Assembly (NCBI GenBank): GCA_043812815.1
Contig: JBDRLT010000040.1
Span: 35,724 to 99,723, forward strand
Direction of reading: 5' to 3'
DNA from: Candidatus Woesearchaeota archaeon
GTDB lineage: Archaea > Nanobdellota > Nanobdellia > Woesearchaeales > JAGVZT01
DNA length: 64,000 nt
In this document: positions 36,363 through 45,001 of the stretch, piece after piece
How the letters are laid out: each line of letters starts with the position of its first letter
Position numbering within the stretch: position 1 is the stretch's first letter
Notes under the pieces: model-generated
Databases searched by the model: none
What the model was told of the DNA's origin: nothing
What the model saw: the letters and a program-made list of their open reading frames with translations, nothing else
Translations under genes and position numbers: made by a program

Positions 36363-37739
36363 ATGGCTGACCTTGGGAAGCTGTTACAGAGGGGGCTTTA
36401 TACTGGTAGCGGGCTTATTGCTCACCTTATTCAGGCGCAGGAACCTAGTCCTCCGAATCTAGGGGTTGGGACAACTGTTCGCTCTTTTGATAATGCAAAC
36501 AGAGTTTTATTGGCTGTGAGCTATTGGGATCACCGAGGGGTTGGTGAGGAAGAGCTGCTCAGATTAAAACATAGATTTCTCAAATATTGGGGAGGGGCTG
36601 CATCTTTGGCAGTAGCTGTATTTGTCAGACCTTTAGCTGAGGTTAGTAGACCTGAGTACAATTTTTCTACTGGTGGTTTGGAGTTGTTTTTTGAGCTTTG
36701 CAAGAGAACAAATATGCCAGTGATTGTAAATATCTGTGGGTCACAATGGGAAGAGGTTTGTTATGATCGAAGCGAGTTAATTTCAAAGCTTACAAGCAAT
36801 CCTGATAACCTTATGCTAATGGAAAATGATGCGATTGTGCCTAGGAGATTCCAGTCCCCTGGCGACATCGGGTTGGTTAGATTACTTGCAGGCCGATGGC
36901 CTTACTCTGTTGACCAGAATGGTGTACAGTATTTTTCCTTGTGGTCTGATGAGGTCAATAGAGTACATGCCAGAAACCTTGGGCAACTTGCTGAAGTGGT
37001 GGCTAGGTTTTTTGAGGAGAGACCAGACCTTGCTGTGGCAATATCAACACCCAATGAAAGGAGTTTCCCTGGTAGGTGGGAGATTGGAGACCATACTGCA
37101 GATTACGGTGTTCATGCAATCCACGCATTTAGAGATTATGTGCGTTCTCTTTTCCAAAACGATTGGTTGGAATTTGAAACAGAATTTCCAGATATGGTTG
37201 GTATTCAGGCAGGGTTTCATGCGGTTGAACCTCCACGGGTTTTTGATCCAAGTTCAAAAATTTGGATGCTGTGGCAGGAATTTAGGGAGTATAGTGTCAC
37301 ACAAGCTGTGCAGATTGATGTAAATGTGTTGCTGGAAGCAGGCATACCTTCTGAGCTTGTATATACCCATCAGTCTTGTAATCAAGCATATGCAGATCCT
37401 TATAGAAGAGCAAGTCCACTAAAGACAGCAGCGGTTGATGGGGCAAATATCGGGATGGTGAGCTGGGGGCTAGGTAACACTGACTTTTATAACAATGTAG
37501 CTGCATTGGCAGTAGATGAAAGCAAGCAGTGGGGTTTGTTTGCCTCAAATCCCCTGTCACTAAGTAGGAAAGCATGCTACAATGAACTAAGAGCGGCTGT
37601 GGATAACGGGGCACATGTTATTGTCGTGTATAACTATGGTCCTGAGAGGAGCCCCTTTCTGGGCTATGGTGTGCTTGGGATGCCTGTGATGAGTGCAATG
37701 CAACAACTTATGGAGGAACTTAATAGCCGCCATAGCTAA
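36363..37739 (+). CDS. Hypothetical protein (458 aa; possibly glycoside-hydrolase-like, unassigned)
   Basis: Long ORF with normal codon usage and no signal peptide. No confident motif. Flanked by a 125-nt gap containing a short hydrophobic ORF (36247..36462) in another frame. Confidence 0.5.
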   Translation: MADLGKLLQRGLYTGSGLIAHLIQAQEPSPPNLGVGTTVRSFDNANRVLLAVSYWDHRGVGEEELLRLKHRFLKYWGGAASLAVAVFVRPLAEVSRPEYNFSTGGLELFFELCKRTNMPVIVNICGSQWEEVCYDRSELISKLTSNPDNLMLMENDAIVPRRFQSPGDIGLVRLLAGRWPYSVDQNGVQYFSLWSDEVNRVHARNLGQLAEVVARFFEERPDLAVAISTPNERSFPGRWEIGDHTADYGVHAIHAFRDYVRSLFQNDWLEFETEFPDMVGIQAGFHAVEPPRVFDPSSKIWMLWQEFREYSVTQAVQIDVNVLLEAGIPSELVYTHQSCNQAYADPYRRASPLKTAAVDGANIGMVSWGLGNTDFYNNVAALAVDESKQWGLFASNPLSLSRKACYNELRAAVDNGAHVIVVYNYGPERSPFLGYGVLGMPVMSAMQQLMEELNSRHS

Positions 37740-38362
37740 AAGCCATGCCTTCCTTTTAATGGAACAAAAACAAACATGCCCAGGCTCTGTTTTATCAGTT
37801 TGCCTTGGAGCTTTTTGGCTTTTATCATTTGCTGGCCAGAGAGTGGGCCAACTGGTGCCACCAGAATGCCTCCTTCCCTGAGTTGCTCAATCAAGGGTAG
37901 AGGTATGCTGGGGCAAGCGGCTGTCACAATGATTTTATCATAGGGTGCTTCAGGTGGGTAACCTTGACTGCCGTCATAGTTTAATACATCAACATTTCGA
38001 ATTTTGGATTTTGCCAGATTTGCTTGGGCCTGCGCTGCCAATCCTGAGATGATTTCTGTCGAGACCACTTTGCCTGGCTCAACTAGTTTTGAGATGATTG
38101 CAGCCTGGTAGCCTGAGCCAGCACCCACTTCAAGCACTTTTTCACCGGATTTCAACTCAAGAGCCTGGGTCATAAGCATCACAGTAAGCGGCTGCGAGAT
38201 TGTCTGGCCGTGGCTAATAGGCATTGGATAATCGATGTATGCCTCATCTTTCTGGGAGGCGTGAACAAAATCCTCACGGCTCACTGCTGTGAAAGCATCA
38301 ATTAGCTGCCGGTCAAATGTATAGCCCTGCGCTTTCCAGGAGGTGATGAGCGCGTTTTTCAT
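37736..38362 (-). CDS. pcm: Protein-L-isoaspartate O-methyltransferase
   Basis: 'VLEVGAGSGYQAAI' SAM motif I. PIMT-specific 'SQPLTVMLMTQAL' and 'LREGGILVAPVGP'. Confidence 0.85.
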   Translation of the reverse strand: MKNALITSWKAQGYTFDRQLIDAFTAVSREDFVHASQKDEAYIDYPMPISHGQTISQPLTVMLMTQALELKSGEKVLEVGAGSGYQAAIISKLVEPGKVVSTEIISGLAAQAQANLAKSKIRNVDVLNYDGSQGYPPEAPYDKIIVTAACPSIPLPLIEQLREGGILVAPVGPLSGQQMIKAKKLQGKLIKQSLGMFVFVPLKGRHGF

Positions 38363-38440
38363 AATTGGCTGTTTGTTTGGTGATTATAAAAAGGTTTAGG
38401 TCAACAGCAATATTTATAAAGCACCTAGAATTCTTAGTAT

Positions 38441-38638
38441 TTGGGTGGTATAATGAAACCAGTTAGAGAGCCTGTTTCCAGGTTTATAAAGGTAAGATGT
38501 CCAAAGTGTAAGAATGAACAAGTGATTTTTGGGAAATCAGCTTCAGAGATAAAGTGCCTTGTGTGTGGGGTCGTGCTTGCAGAGTCGCGCGGTGGCAAAT
38601 CCAAGATCAAATCCCGCATACTTGAGGTGCTTGACTAA
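38441..38638 (+). CDS. rps27e: Ribosomal protein S27e
   Basis: C4 zinc ribbon 'FIKVRCPKCKNEQVIF...IKCLVCGVVLAESRGGKSKIK...ILEVLD' matches archaeal S27e. Confidence 0.8.
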   Translation: MGGIMKPVREPVSRFIKVRCPKCKNEQVIFGKSASEIKCLVCGVVLAESRGGKSKIKSRILEVLD

Positions 38639-39405
38639 TGCTTTTCAGAAAGTTCGGTCTGCCTGAAGAGGGTGAAGTTGTATGGTGTACTGTAACCCAG
38701 GTTCAGCACAATTCTGTTTTTATTAAACTTGATGAGTACAACATTTTTGGATTAATCCACATTTCTGAGGTTAGCCCTGGCAGGATTAGGAATCTGCGTG
38801 ATTTTGTAAAAGAAGGCAAGAAAGTTGTGTGCAAGATTCTGCGAGTTAATAAGGCGAGCCAACAGGTTGATGTCTCTTTGCGAAGAGTAACCGAGGTTCA
38901 GCGGCGCAACAAAGTCAATCAGATTAAGCAGGAGCAAAAAGCTGAATCCATTCTTGAACATATTGCCAAAACACTGAATAGGGACCATAAACAGCTTTAC
39001 ATTGAGCTTGCCAAGGCTTTGCCGGATTATGAGGGTTTGTATCCTTTTTTCATGGATATTGTGAATGATGCAGTCAGTATTCCCCAGCTTAAACTTGATA
39101 CGAAGGTTGCAGATGAATTGGTAAAGGTTGTTAAGCAGAGGCTTAAGCCAAGGAAGGTTTCTATTAAAGGGACGCTGCTGCTAGCGAGCAATGCCCCGAA
39201 TGGTGTGGAGATTATCAGAGATGCGATCAAGAAAGGGATGGATGAGAAGGTTAATATCTCTTATTTGGGTGCTGGCAAGTTTGCTATTGAGGTTGTTGCC
39301 CCTGATTACAAGGTGGCAGAGGATGTTCTTGACAAGTCAACCAACGTTATTATTGCTGCTATGCATGCTTCTGATGGGGTTGGAGAGTTCTCGAGAAAAA
39401 AATGA
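38638..39405 (+). CDS. eif2a: Translation initiation factor 2 alpha subunit (aIF2alpha)
   Basis: N-terminal S1 domain ('PEEGEVVWCTVTQVQHNSVFIKLDEY...GLIHISEVSPGRIRNLRDFV') followed by helical and alpha/beta domains. 255 aa. Confidence 0.85.
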   Translation: MLFRKFGLPEEGEVVWCTVTQVQHNSVFIKLDEYNIFGLIHISEVSPGRIRNLRDFVKEGKKVVCKILRVNKASQQVDVSLRRVTEVQRRNKVNQIKQEQKAESILEHIAKTLNRDHKQLYIELAKALPDYEGLYPFFMDIVNDAVSIPQLKLDTKVADELVKVVKQRLKPRKVSIKGTLLLASNAPNGVEIIRDAIKKGMDEKVNISYLGAGKFAIEVVAPDYKVAEDVLDKSTNVIIAAMHASDGVGEFSRKK

Positions 39406-39575
39406 AGCATATTCTCAAGTGTCAGTTGTGCAGCGAGTACACGATGCATGAGAAGTGTGAGTGTGGCGGTGTTGCAGTTACTGTGAAACCACCCAAGTAC
39501 AGCCCTGAGGATAAGTATGCACGGCTGAGGAGAGAGGCTAAGAGCAAAGAGTGGATTGAAAAAGGCTTACTCTGA
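39402..39575 (+). CDS. nop10: H/ACA ribonucleoprotein subunit Nop10
   Basis: 57-aa ORF (below the ORF-track cutoff): 'MKHILKCQLCSEYTMHEKCECGGVAVTVKPPKYSPEDKYARLRREAKSKE'. It has a zinc ribbon plus the conserved 'PP(K/R)(F/Y)SPEDKY' Nop10 motif. ATGA overlap with aIF2alpha (conserved archaeal gene pair). Confidence 0.75.
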   Translation: MKHILKCQLCSEYTMHEKCECGGVAVTVKPPKYSPEDKYARLRREAKSKEWIEKGLL

Positions 39576-39669
39576 GTGGAATACTTTCTTGGAAAAGTGG
39601 ATTTCCTGTGGTACGGCCAATTAATTGCAAGCACAAACTATATAAACAAACTTAGATTATGGGCTAGAG

Positions 39670-40449
39670 ATGGAATGGGAGATAACTGAAGTAGGTAAAG
39701 TGCCTAAGTTGAATGGTGCTGTGCTGATTTCAGGACTGCCTGGAATTGGTAATGTTGGGAAAGTGGCAGTTGACTTTCTCATTGACGAGTTGAAAGCTAA
39801 GAAGGTTTACACATTTTTCTCATATTCCTTTCCGCATTCTGTTTTTGTGAATGAGGAAAACCTTGTTGATCTGCCATCTATTGAGTTGTATTATGCAACT
39901 GGCAAATATCCTTTATTGCTATTGGCAGGAGATATCCAGCCAACAGATGAGATTTCGAGCTATGAGTTTTCTGATGAAGTGCTAAGATTGGCAAAAAAGC
40001 TGGGTGCTGCAGAGGTTATCACTCTTGGAGGGATAGGGTTGCCCACAGTACCCAAAGAGCCCAAGATTTACTGCACAGGGAATAGCAAGAAGATGGTTGA
40101 CAAGTATAAGGACGGAGCTACAACTGGTCTTTTTGGGGTGGTAGGGCCGATAATTGGTGTTTCTGGACTTTTGCTAGGATTGGCTAAGAGGCAGGATTTG
40201 CCTGCTGTGTCTTTCCTCGCAGAGACTTATGGTCATCCTATGTATATTGGTGTGAGGGGTGCTAAGGAGATCCTTGAGTTGCTAAACAAGAAGCTTGGGT
40301 TAAAACTAGATTTGGCCAAGATGGAACGTGAAATAGAAGATATGGAAGGCAAGATAAGTAAGGGGAGCAAGAAGCTTAAGGATATTGCACGCCAGTCTGC
40401 CCTGCAGAAGATGAAGAAGTTTGGTTCTGAGACAAGTTATATTGGTTAG
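39670..40449 (+). CDS. Proteasome assembly chaperone PAC2-family protein (PbaA/PbaB-like)
   Basis: 'AVLISGLPGIGNVGKVAVDFLI' matches the PAC2 N-terminal motif. 259 aa with a charged C-terminal tail. Confidence 0.65.
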   Translation: MEWEITEVGKVPKLNGAVLISGLPGIGNVGKVAVDFLIDELKAKKVYTFFSYSFPHSVFVNEENLVDLPSIELYYATGKYPLLLLAGDIQPTDEISSYEFSDEVLRLAKKLGAAEVITLGGIGLPTVPKEPKIYCTGNSKKMVDKYKDGATTGLFGVVGPIIGVSGLLLGLAKRQDLPAVSFLAETYGHPMYIGVRGAKEILELLNKKLGLKLDLAKMEREIEDMEGKISKGSKKLKDIARQSALQKMKKFGSETSYIG

Positions 40450-40514
40450 GAGATTTTCATGTTGTTCCTATTGCTTGCGCAAGTTTTATTAATGTGCTTT
40501 TCATTTGGAGATCT

Positions 40515-40910
40515 ATGGAGAGAAAAGTGCTTTCTGGGTGCGTAATTATTGAGAAAAACAAGCTGCTTTTGCTGTGGAAGCGCAAGCGAAGTCACTATGA
40601 GTTTCCTGGAGGGAAGGTTGAGCCTGGGGAAACACTGGAAGAGGCGGCTATTCGGGAGACAAAAGAGGAAATTGGGGTTGATGCTGAGATTAAAAGATAT
40701 TTGGGGTATATTGATTTCTGCTTGGAGAAGGAGATTAGGAGTCACAATTTTTTAGCCAAGATCAATAATGAACCAATGATAATGGAGCCGGATGTTTTTG
40801 AGAAGTTGCTCTGGCTTGATCTCAGGCAGTATGCAGAGTATCCTCTGGCTCCAAATGTGAGGATTTTCTGCGAGGCTGCAGCTAGCGGTGAAATTGACGT
40901 GAAACCATAA
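40515..40910 (+). CDS. NUDIX hydrolase (second copy)
   Basis: Nudix box 'FPGGKVEPGETLEEAAIRETKEEIGV'. Start set at the internal Met 'MERKV'. Confidence 0.75.
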   Translation: MERKVLSGCVIIEKNKLLLLWKRKRSHYEFPGGKVEPGETLEEAAIRETKEEIGVDAEIKRYLGYIDFCLEKEIRSHNFLAKINNEPMIMEPDVFEKLLWLDLRQYAEYPLAPNVRIFCEAAASGEIDVKP

Positions 40911-40938
40911 GATATATATATTCTTTTTATCTAGTTAT

Positions 40939-43900
40939 TTGAAAAAGATGGTGAAGGCGCAGTTTTCTTTTGAATACTTGGTAATTTCAACTTTCGCGCT
41001 AGTTAGTGTTGGCGCTTTTGTTTTTGCCATCTATGCCCAGATTAGCAGAAAAACAGCTGAGTTTGATGCAGTGCAGCTTGATCGGTTCGGCAATTCAATT
41101 ATTGACACTGCAAATCAGCTGAGTTATGCTGGTGGCCCTTCTAAGCTTACAAAAGAGGCTGTGCTCCCGAGTAATGTTGTGGATGTTTTTGTTGCTCACA
41201 ACAATTATCTCATTTTCGCGTATTTGGGAGGGGGTATTTTGAATGACAGGGTGTACCACTCCAGAACAAATATTGCGATTGATATGGAAGAGACCAGCGA
41301 GGGACTGAAGACATTGGTTATTGAGTCGCTGGGGAATTATATCTCAATATGCTCGAAGACTGCTGCCTGGCGCTGCAACCAGTTTTGTGAAATCAGCCTG
41401 GGCGAGAGTGCTGACGCAGCGCCTGCTGACTGCTGCAAGCCGGATTGCTCTGGGTGTAACACAAGCCAGGCAGATGGTGATTACAGATTCTGCGGTTCTG
41501 ACGGGCTAAACCACACCTCCTGTCACGGGCACCATGGGTGTGATCTCTCAGGTGAGTTTTGTGTTAATGAGGATTTGGATGGTTATGGGCTGAATAGCAG
41601 TATATTCTGCCCTTATTTGGGAGAAGATTGTGATGATGACACCTCTGATGATCCGGCAGGATGCCCAGAAACTAAGGAGGGCTGTGATACTGCAGAAGAA
41701 GCTCAGTGTGCTATCTGCATACATCCTGGTGCTTTTGAGAATGATATTCCGAAATGCTCTGACTGGATTGATAATGACTGTGATGGTGATGTTGACTGCG
41801 ATGATTCGGACTGCGGCTGCCTTTCAATAATTGATAGCTTTGATAGTGCTGAAAATGTAAGCTCTGCTCCTAATCTGGTTGTGAACACCACTCTGGGAAT
41901 GGTTTTGTTGGAAGGGTATAATGGCACACAAACTGTTTTCAATGATTCAGCACAGATAAACATGACTTTCCTTAGCAATGGTTCTGAGATTATTGGATGG
42001 ATCAGATTGCCTACCTGGGCGAATGTGATTAACTCTTCTGTGGAGCTTGAGGGGATCGGATTGCCTGCAATGTCTCCTTTTGTATACTCATGGGATGGAA
42101 GCAATTTTGTTTTTGAAAGTGATTTCTTTTTGGGAAGGGATAGCAGTATTAAGGAAGGCTGGAGTTATGTTGAGCTTAAACATATAAGTGAACCGATTTT
42201 AAGGATTACTAATGAATTGGATGAGATAGATTATATTGACAGCCTGAAATTGATTGCATTTACTCAGACAGAATCTTTTGCTCTTGAAGTGGTGAATCTC
42301 TCCCCTGGGTGCGTTTTGGATGTTAGTGAAGATGATGCCAGGTATTTGATATTGCAGAAAGGTGATGAGGTTTATGTTGAGTTTGAAGCATTACCTGCTG
42401 GAACAACTCGGGTTGAGCTGGCTGCAAATGGGTTTTTTGTTAGGTTGAAACCAAGCATTGTCAAGGTTGGTAACAATATTGAGGTAAATTCTGGCAGCAA
42501 TAAGGTTATTTTTGAACCATATATTAAAGTTAATCATGTCATACTACCACTTGAGGAGTATACTGAATTTGTTAATTATGAAGTTGTTGAAAATAATGCT
42601 GAGCATGGGACAAAATTCGGTGTCAAATTTTATTTTTTGGAGAATACTGATGAAATAGATAGTATTATTCTAAATGTTGTAGAGAATGTTGGAAATTTGA
42701 GGGCTGAGCAAGATATCCTCCACTTTGGAGATTCCCTAATAGATTTTGGTGATATTCGCGAATCTGGCTTTGAGTTGGGGGTTGCTAATGAGGGCATTGT
42801 TATTGGAAACTTAAATGAATTTCTTATTAATAATACACTATGGATAGATCCTACTGTTAACCTGACACCTTATATGGATACCACAATCTGCAGATGGGAT
42901 AATTGCGGTAGCAATCCATGTTGGCAAACAGCATTAATCGCTATGAATTGGGGTTCTGATTACAATAAGGCCTTGTTGATATGGGATTTGTCAAGTATAC
43001 CAGCAGATTCACAAATAATCATTGCAAGGCTATACTTTTTGGCCAGTGCATGGCATGGTGGTACTTTACCACACCCTGAAATTGCAGCATATCGAATACT
43101 GGAAGAATGGGATTGCCAGACTGCCACAAATTGGTACAGAATGACTGGGGTTGGTTGGTCTAATATGGGGTGTGATGCGCCGGACTCCCGTGCTGTGACT
43201 GAGGATGATTCTGTTGTTATTGTAAATGTTTACATATGGTATAATCTAAATATTCTGCCGAGTACAATCTGCTGGGTATCAGGAAGTTGCAGTAATTATG
43301 GAGTAGTACTGGTAAATATTGCAGATCCAACCAGCCTTCATATGCCGTCAAGAGAATCAAGTGGAGGAAAGCCATATCTATTCTTGAGTTATAAGTTAGC
43401 AAATGGCCATGCGTGTTCATTAAATGATGATTGCATTTCCGGTAATTGTGCTGCAGACTATGATGGCAATGGTAAATTCTGCGCTCCTGTTAACAATTGT
43501 GTGCACTCTGACATTGCTACATGTAATCCTGTGTGCTATGGTTATACAAGCGGAAGCAATTATTGTACACAACAAGGTAGTGGTCAGACTCCAGGATCCT
43601 ATGTAAGCTGCACCAATGCTGTTTGGGGTCCAATAACAAGCTGCGGATATACCAACTGGAACCAATGTAGTGACGAGGGCTCGCCCAATAATTGCCTGAA
43701 AGGCAGAGATGTACGGACGTGCTTAAGTGGTGCATGTAATGATATTACTGGTGAAAAGAACTGGTCAGTTCTAGGGATAGGGAATGTATGTTCTGGAGCG
43801 GGCAATGAGATTGTTGGGAGTTGTACCAACCGCTGTGGGTATTCTGACTGGAATGTTTGCTCAGTCTCTGGGTGTCAGAAAATCAGAGATTGCTTGGCAT

Positions 43901-45000
43901 GTACTAATCTAAACACCTGCGGTGTGGATGTGGGTAATAGCGCTGAAAACTGTCCTGCTGATACTGCTTGCTCAACAATATTGGGGTATGCTAGTTGCAA
44001 CTCTTCCTACACCTGCAACGCTTCATGGGCCTGCTCTATTGCGTCGGGTAATGATAATTATAATATTGGTGATCCTTGGAACAACAGATGCCAGGCAAAA
44101 TGTGATGGTTCAAATAACTGTGATTATGCCTCTAACTGTGCTCTAGCAGCTGGGACTCCAGCGCAATGCTTCTGCTCAGCTGATATTTGGCAGGTATGCA
44201 CTCAGACCACACTTGTTTGTTGGGAGACTCTCTGTACAAGCGCAAATCCCAATCAATGTGAGAATAGCACTATGGCTCCGCAGAATTATTCAGCGTGCAC
44301 TGGAACAACAGGATGTACAGCTACTGGACCAACTGTAAAAATATGTGGTTGTGACGGCTTGGGCAATTGTGTTGACACTTGCGATGATGATATTTGCCAG
44401 CCATGGGAGAATGTAGAAACTTGCAGGGCAGATTGTATGTACTGGCCTGTCAATGTTAGTGTAAACTTTGGGGATACTGGTGCGGATGACAGTTATTGGC
44501 CGGGTGAGCTGAATGAGACCAACTCACCGTTAACAATTAGCCTGAACAACAGTAAATTGACGAATATTTTAAATGGCTGCAATTGTCCTGGGTGCTATGT
44601 GGCGGGGTGGTGTGTTCTGCCGATAAGGGTGAGCACAGACCATAATGGGACTGTAAAACTTGATGATGTCAGCATTGATTACGCGGATTATGAATTGCAG
44701 GGGGTGTTAGAATCAACAAATCTGCTTTTAGGGAAAACGGTTGGTTTAATAATCTCTTTTTCCTATGACTGCACGCTGGAGCCGCCTTACGAACTCTGGG
44801 TGCAATTCTCAAATGACGATGATTACTGGTATGATGCTGATGGAGTGCTAGACAGCTCAACAAGAATGCAGGATGGTAAGCATCTTATACCCCTAACAGA
44901 TTTTGACTGGAGAGATAATTACTTTAAATATAGAATCAATTTTGTTTCAGATGGATTGTATACACCAAAATTAAAAGAGATAGAAATAAAATATCTCTAA
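40939..45000 (+). CDS. Giant (1353 aa) Cys-rich surface protein with pilin-like class III signal peptide (putative adhesin)
   Basis: N-terminus 'MKKMVKAQFSFEYLVISTFALVSVGAFVFAIYAQ' matches the archaeal type IV pilin-like (DUF361-type) prepilin pattern K[GA]|QxSxE[FY]+hydrophobic. 'DNDCDGDVDCDDSDC' metal-binding-type Cys repeat. The C-terminal ~400 aa is very Cys-rich. Confidence 0.7.
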   Translation: MKKMVKAQFSFEYLVISTFALVSVGAFVFAIYAQISRKTAEFDAVQLDRFGNSIIDTANQLSYAGGPSKLTKEAVLPSNVVDVFVAHNNYLIFAYLGGGILNDRVYHSRTNIAIDMEETSEGLKTLVIESLGNYISICSKTAAWRCNQFCEISLGESADAAPADCCKPDCSGCNTSQADGDYRFCGSDGLNHTSCHGHHGCDLSGEFCVNEDLDGYGLNSSIFCPYLGEDCDDDTSDDPAGCPETKEGCDTAEEAQCAICIHPGAFENDIPKCSDWIDNDCDGDVDCDDSDCGCLSIIDSFDSAENVSSAPNLVVNTTLGMVLLEGYNGTQTVFNDSAQINMTFLSNGSEIIGWIRLPTWANVINSSVELEGIGLPAMSPFVYSWDGSNFVFESDFFLGRDSSIKEGWSYVELKHISEPILRITNELDEIDYIDSLKLIAFTQTESFALEVVNLSPGCVLDVSEDDARYLILQKGDEVYVEFEALPAGTTRVELAANGFFVRLKPSIVKVGNNIEVNSGSNKVIFEPYIKVNHVILPLEEYTEFVNYEVVENNAEHGTKFGVKFYFLENTDEIDSIILNVVENVGNLRAEQDILHFGDSLIDFGDIRESGFELGVANEGIVIGNLNEFLINNTLWIDPTVNLTPYMDTTICRWDNCGSNPCWQTALIAMNWGSDYNKALLIWDLSSIPADSQIIIARLYFLASAWHGGTLPHPEIAAYRILEEWDCQTATNWYRMTGVGWSNMGCDAPDSRAVTEDDSVVIVNVYIWYNLNILPSTICWVSGSCSNYGVVLVNIADPTSLHMPSRESSGGKPYLFLSYKLANGHACSLNDDCISGNCAADYDGNGKFCAPVNNCVHSDIATCNPVCYGYTSGSNYCTQQGSGQTPGSYVSCTNAVWGPITSCGYTNWNQCSDEGSPNNCLKGRDVRTCLSGACNDITGEKNWSVLGIGNVCSGAGNEIVGSCTNRCGYSDWNVCSVSGCQKIRDCLACTNLNTCGVDVGNSAENCPADTACSTILGYASCNSSYTCNASWACSIASGNDNYNIGDPWNNRCQAKCDGSNNCDYASNCALAAGTPAQCFCSADIWQVCTQTTLVCWETLCTSANPNQCENSTMAPQNYSACTGTTGCTATGPTVKICGCDGLGNCVDTCDDDICQPWENVETCRADCMYWPVNVSVNFGDTGADDSYWPGELNETNSPLTISLNNSKLTNILNGCNCPGCYVAGWCVLPIRVSTDHNGTVKLDDVSIDYADYELQGVLESTNLLLGKTVGLIISFSYDCTLEPPYELWVQFSNDDDYWYDADGVLDSSTRMQDGKHLIPLTDFDWRDNYFKYRINFVSDGLYTPKLKEIEIKYL

Positions 45001-45001
45001 A

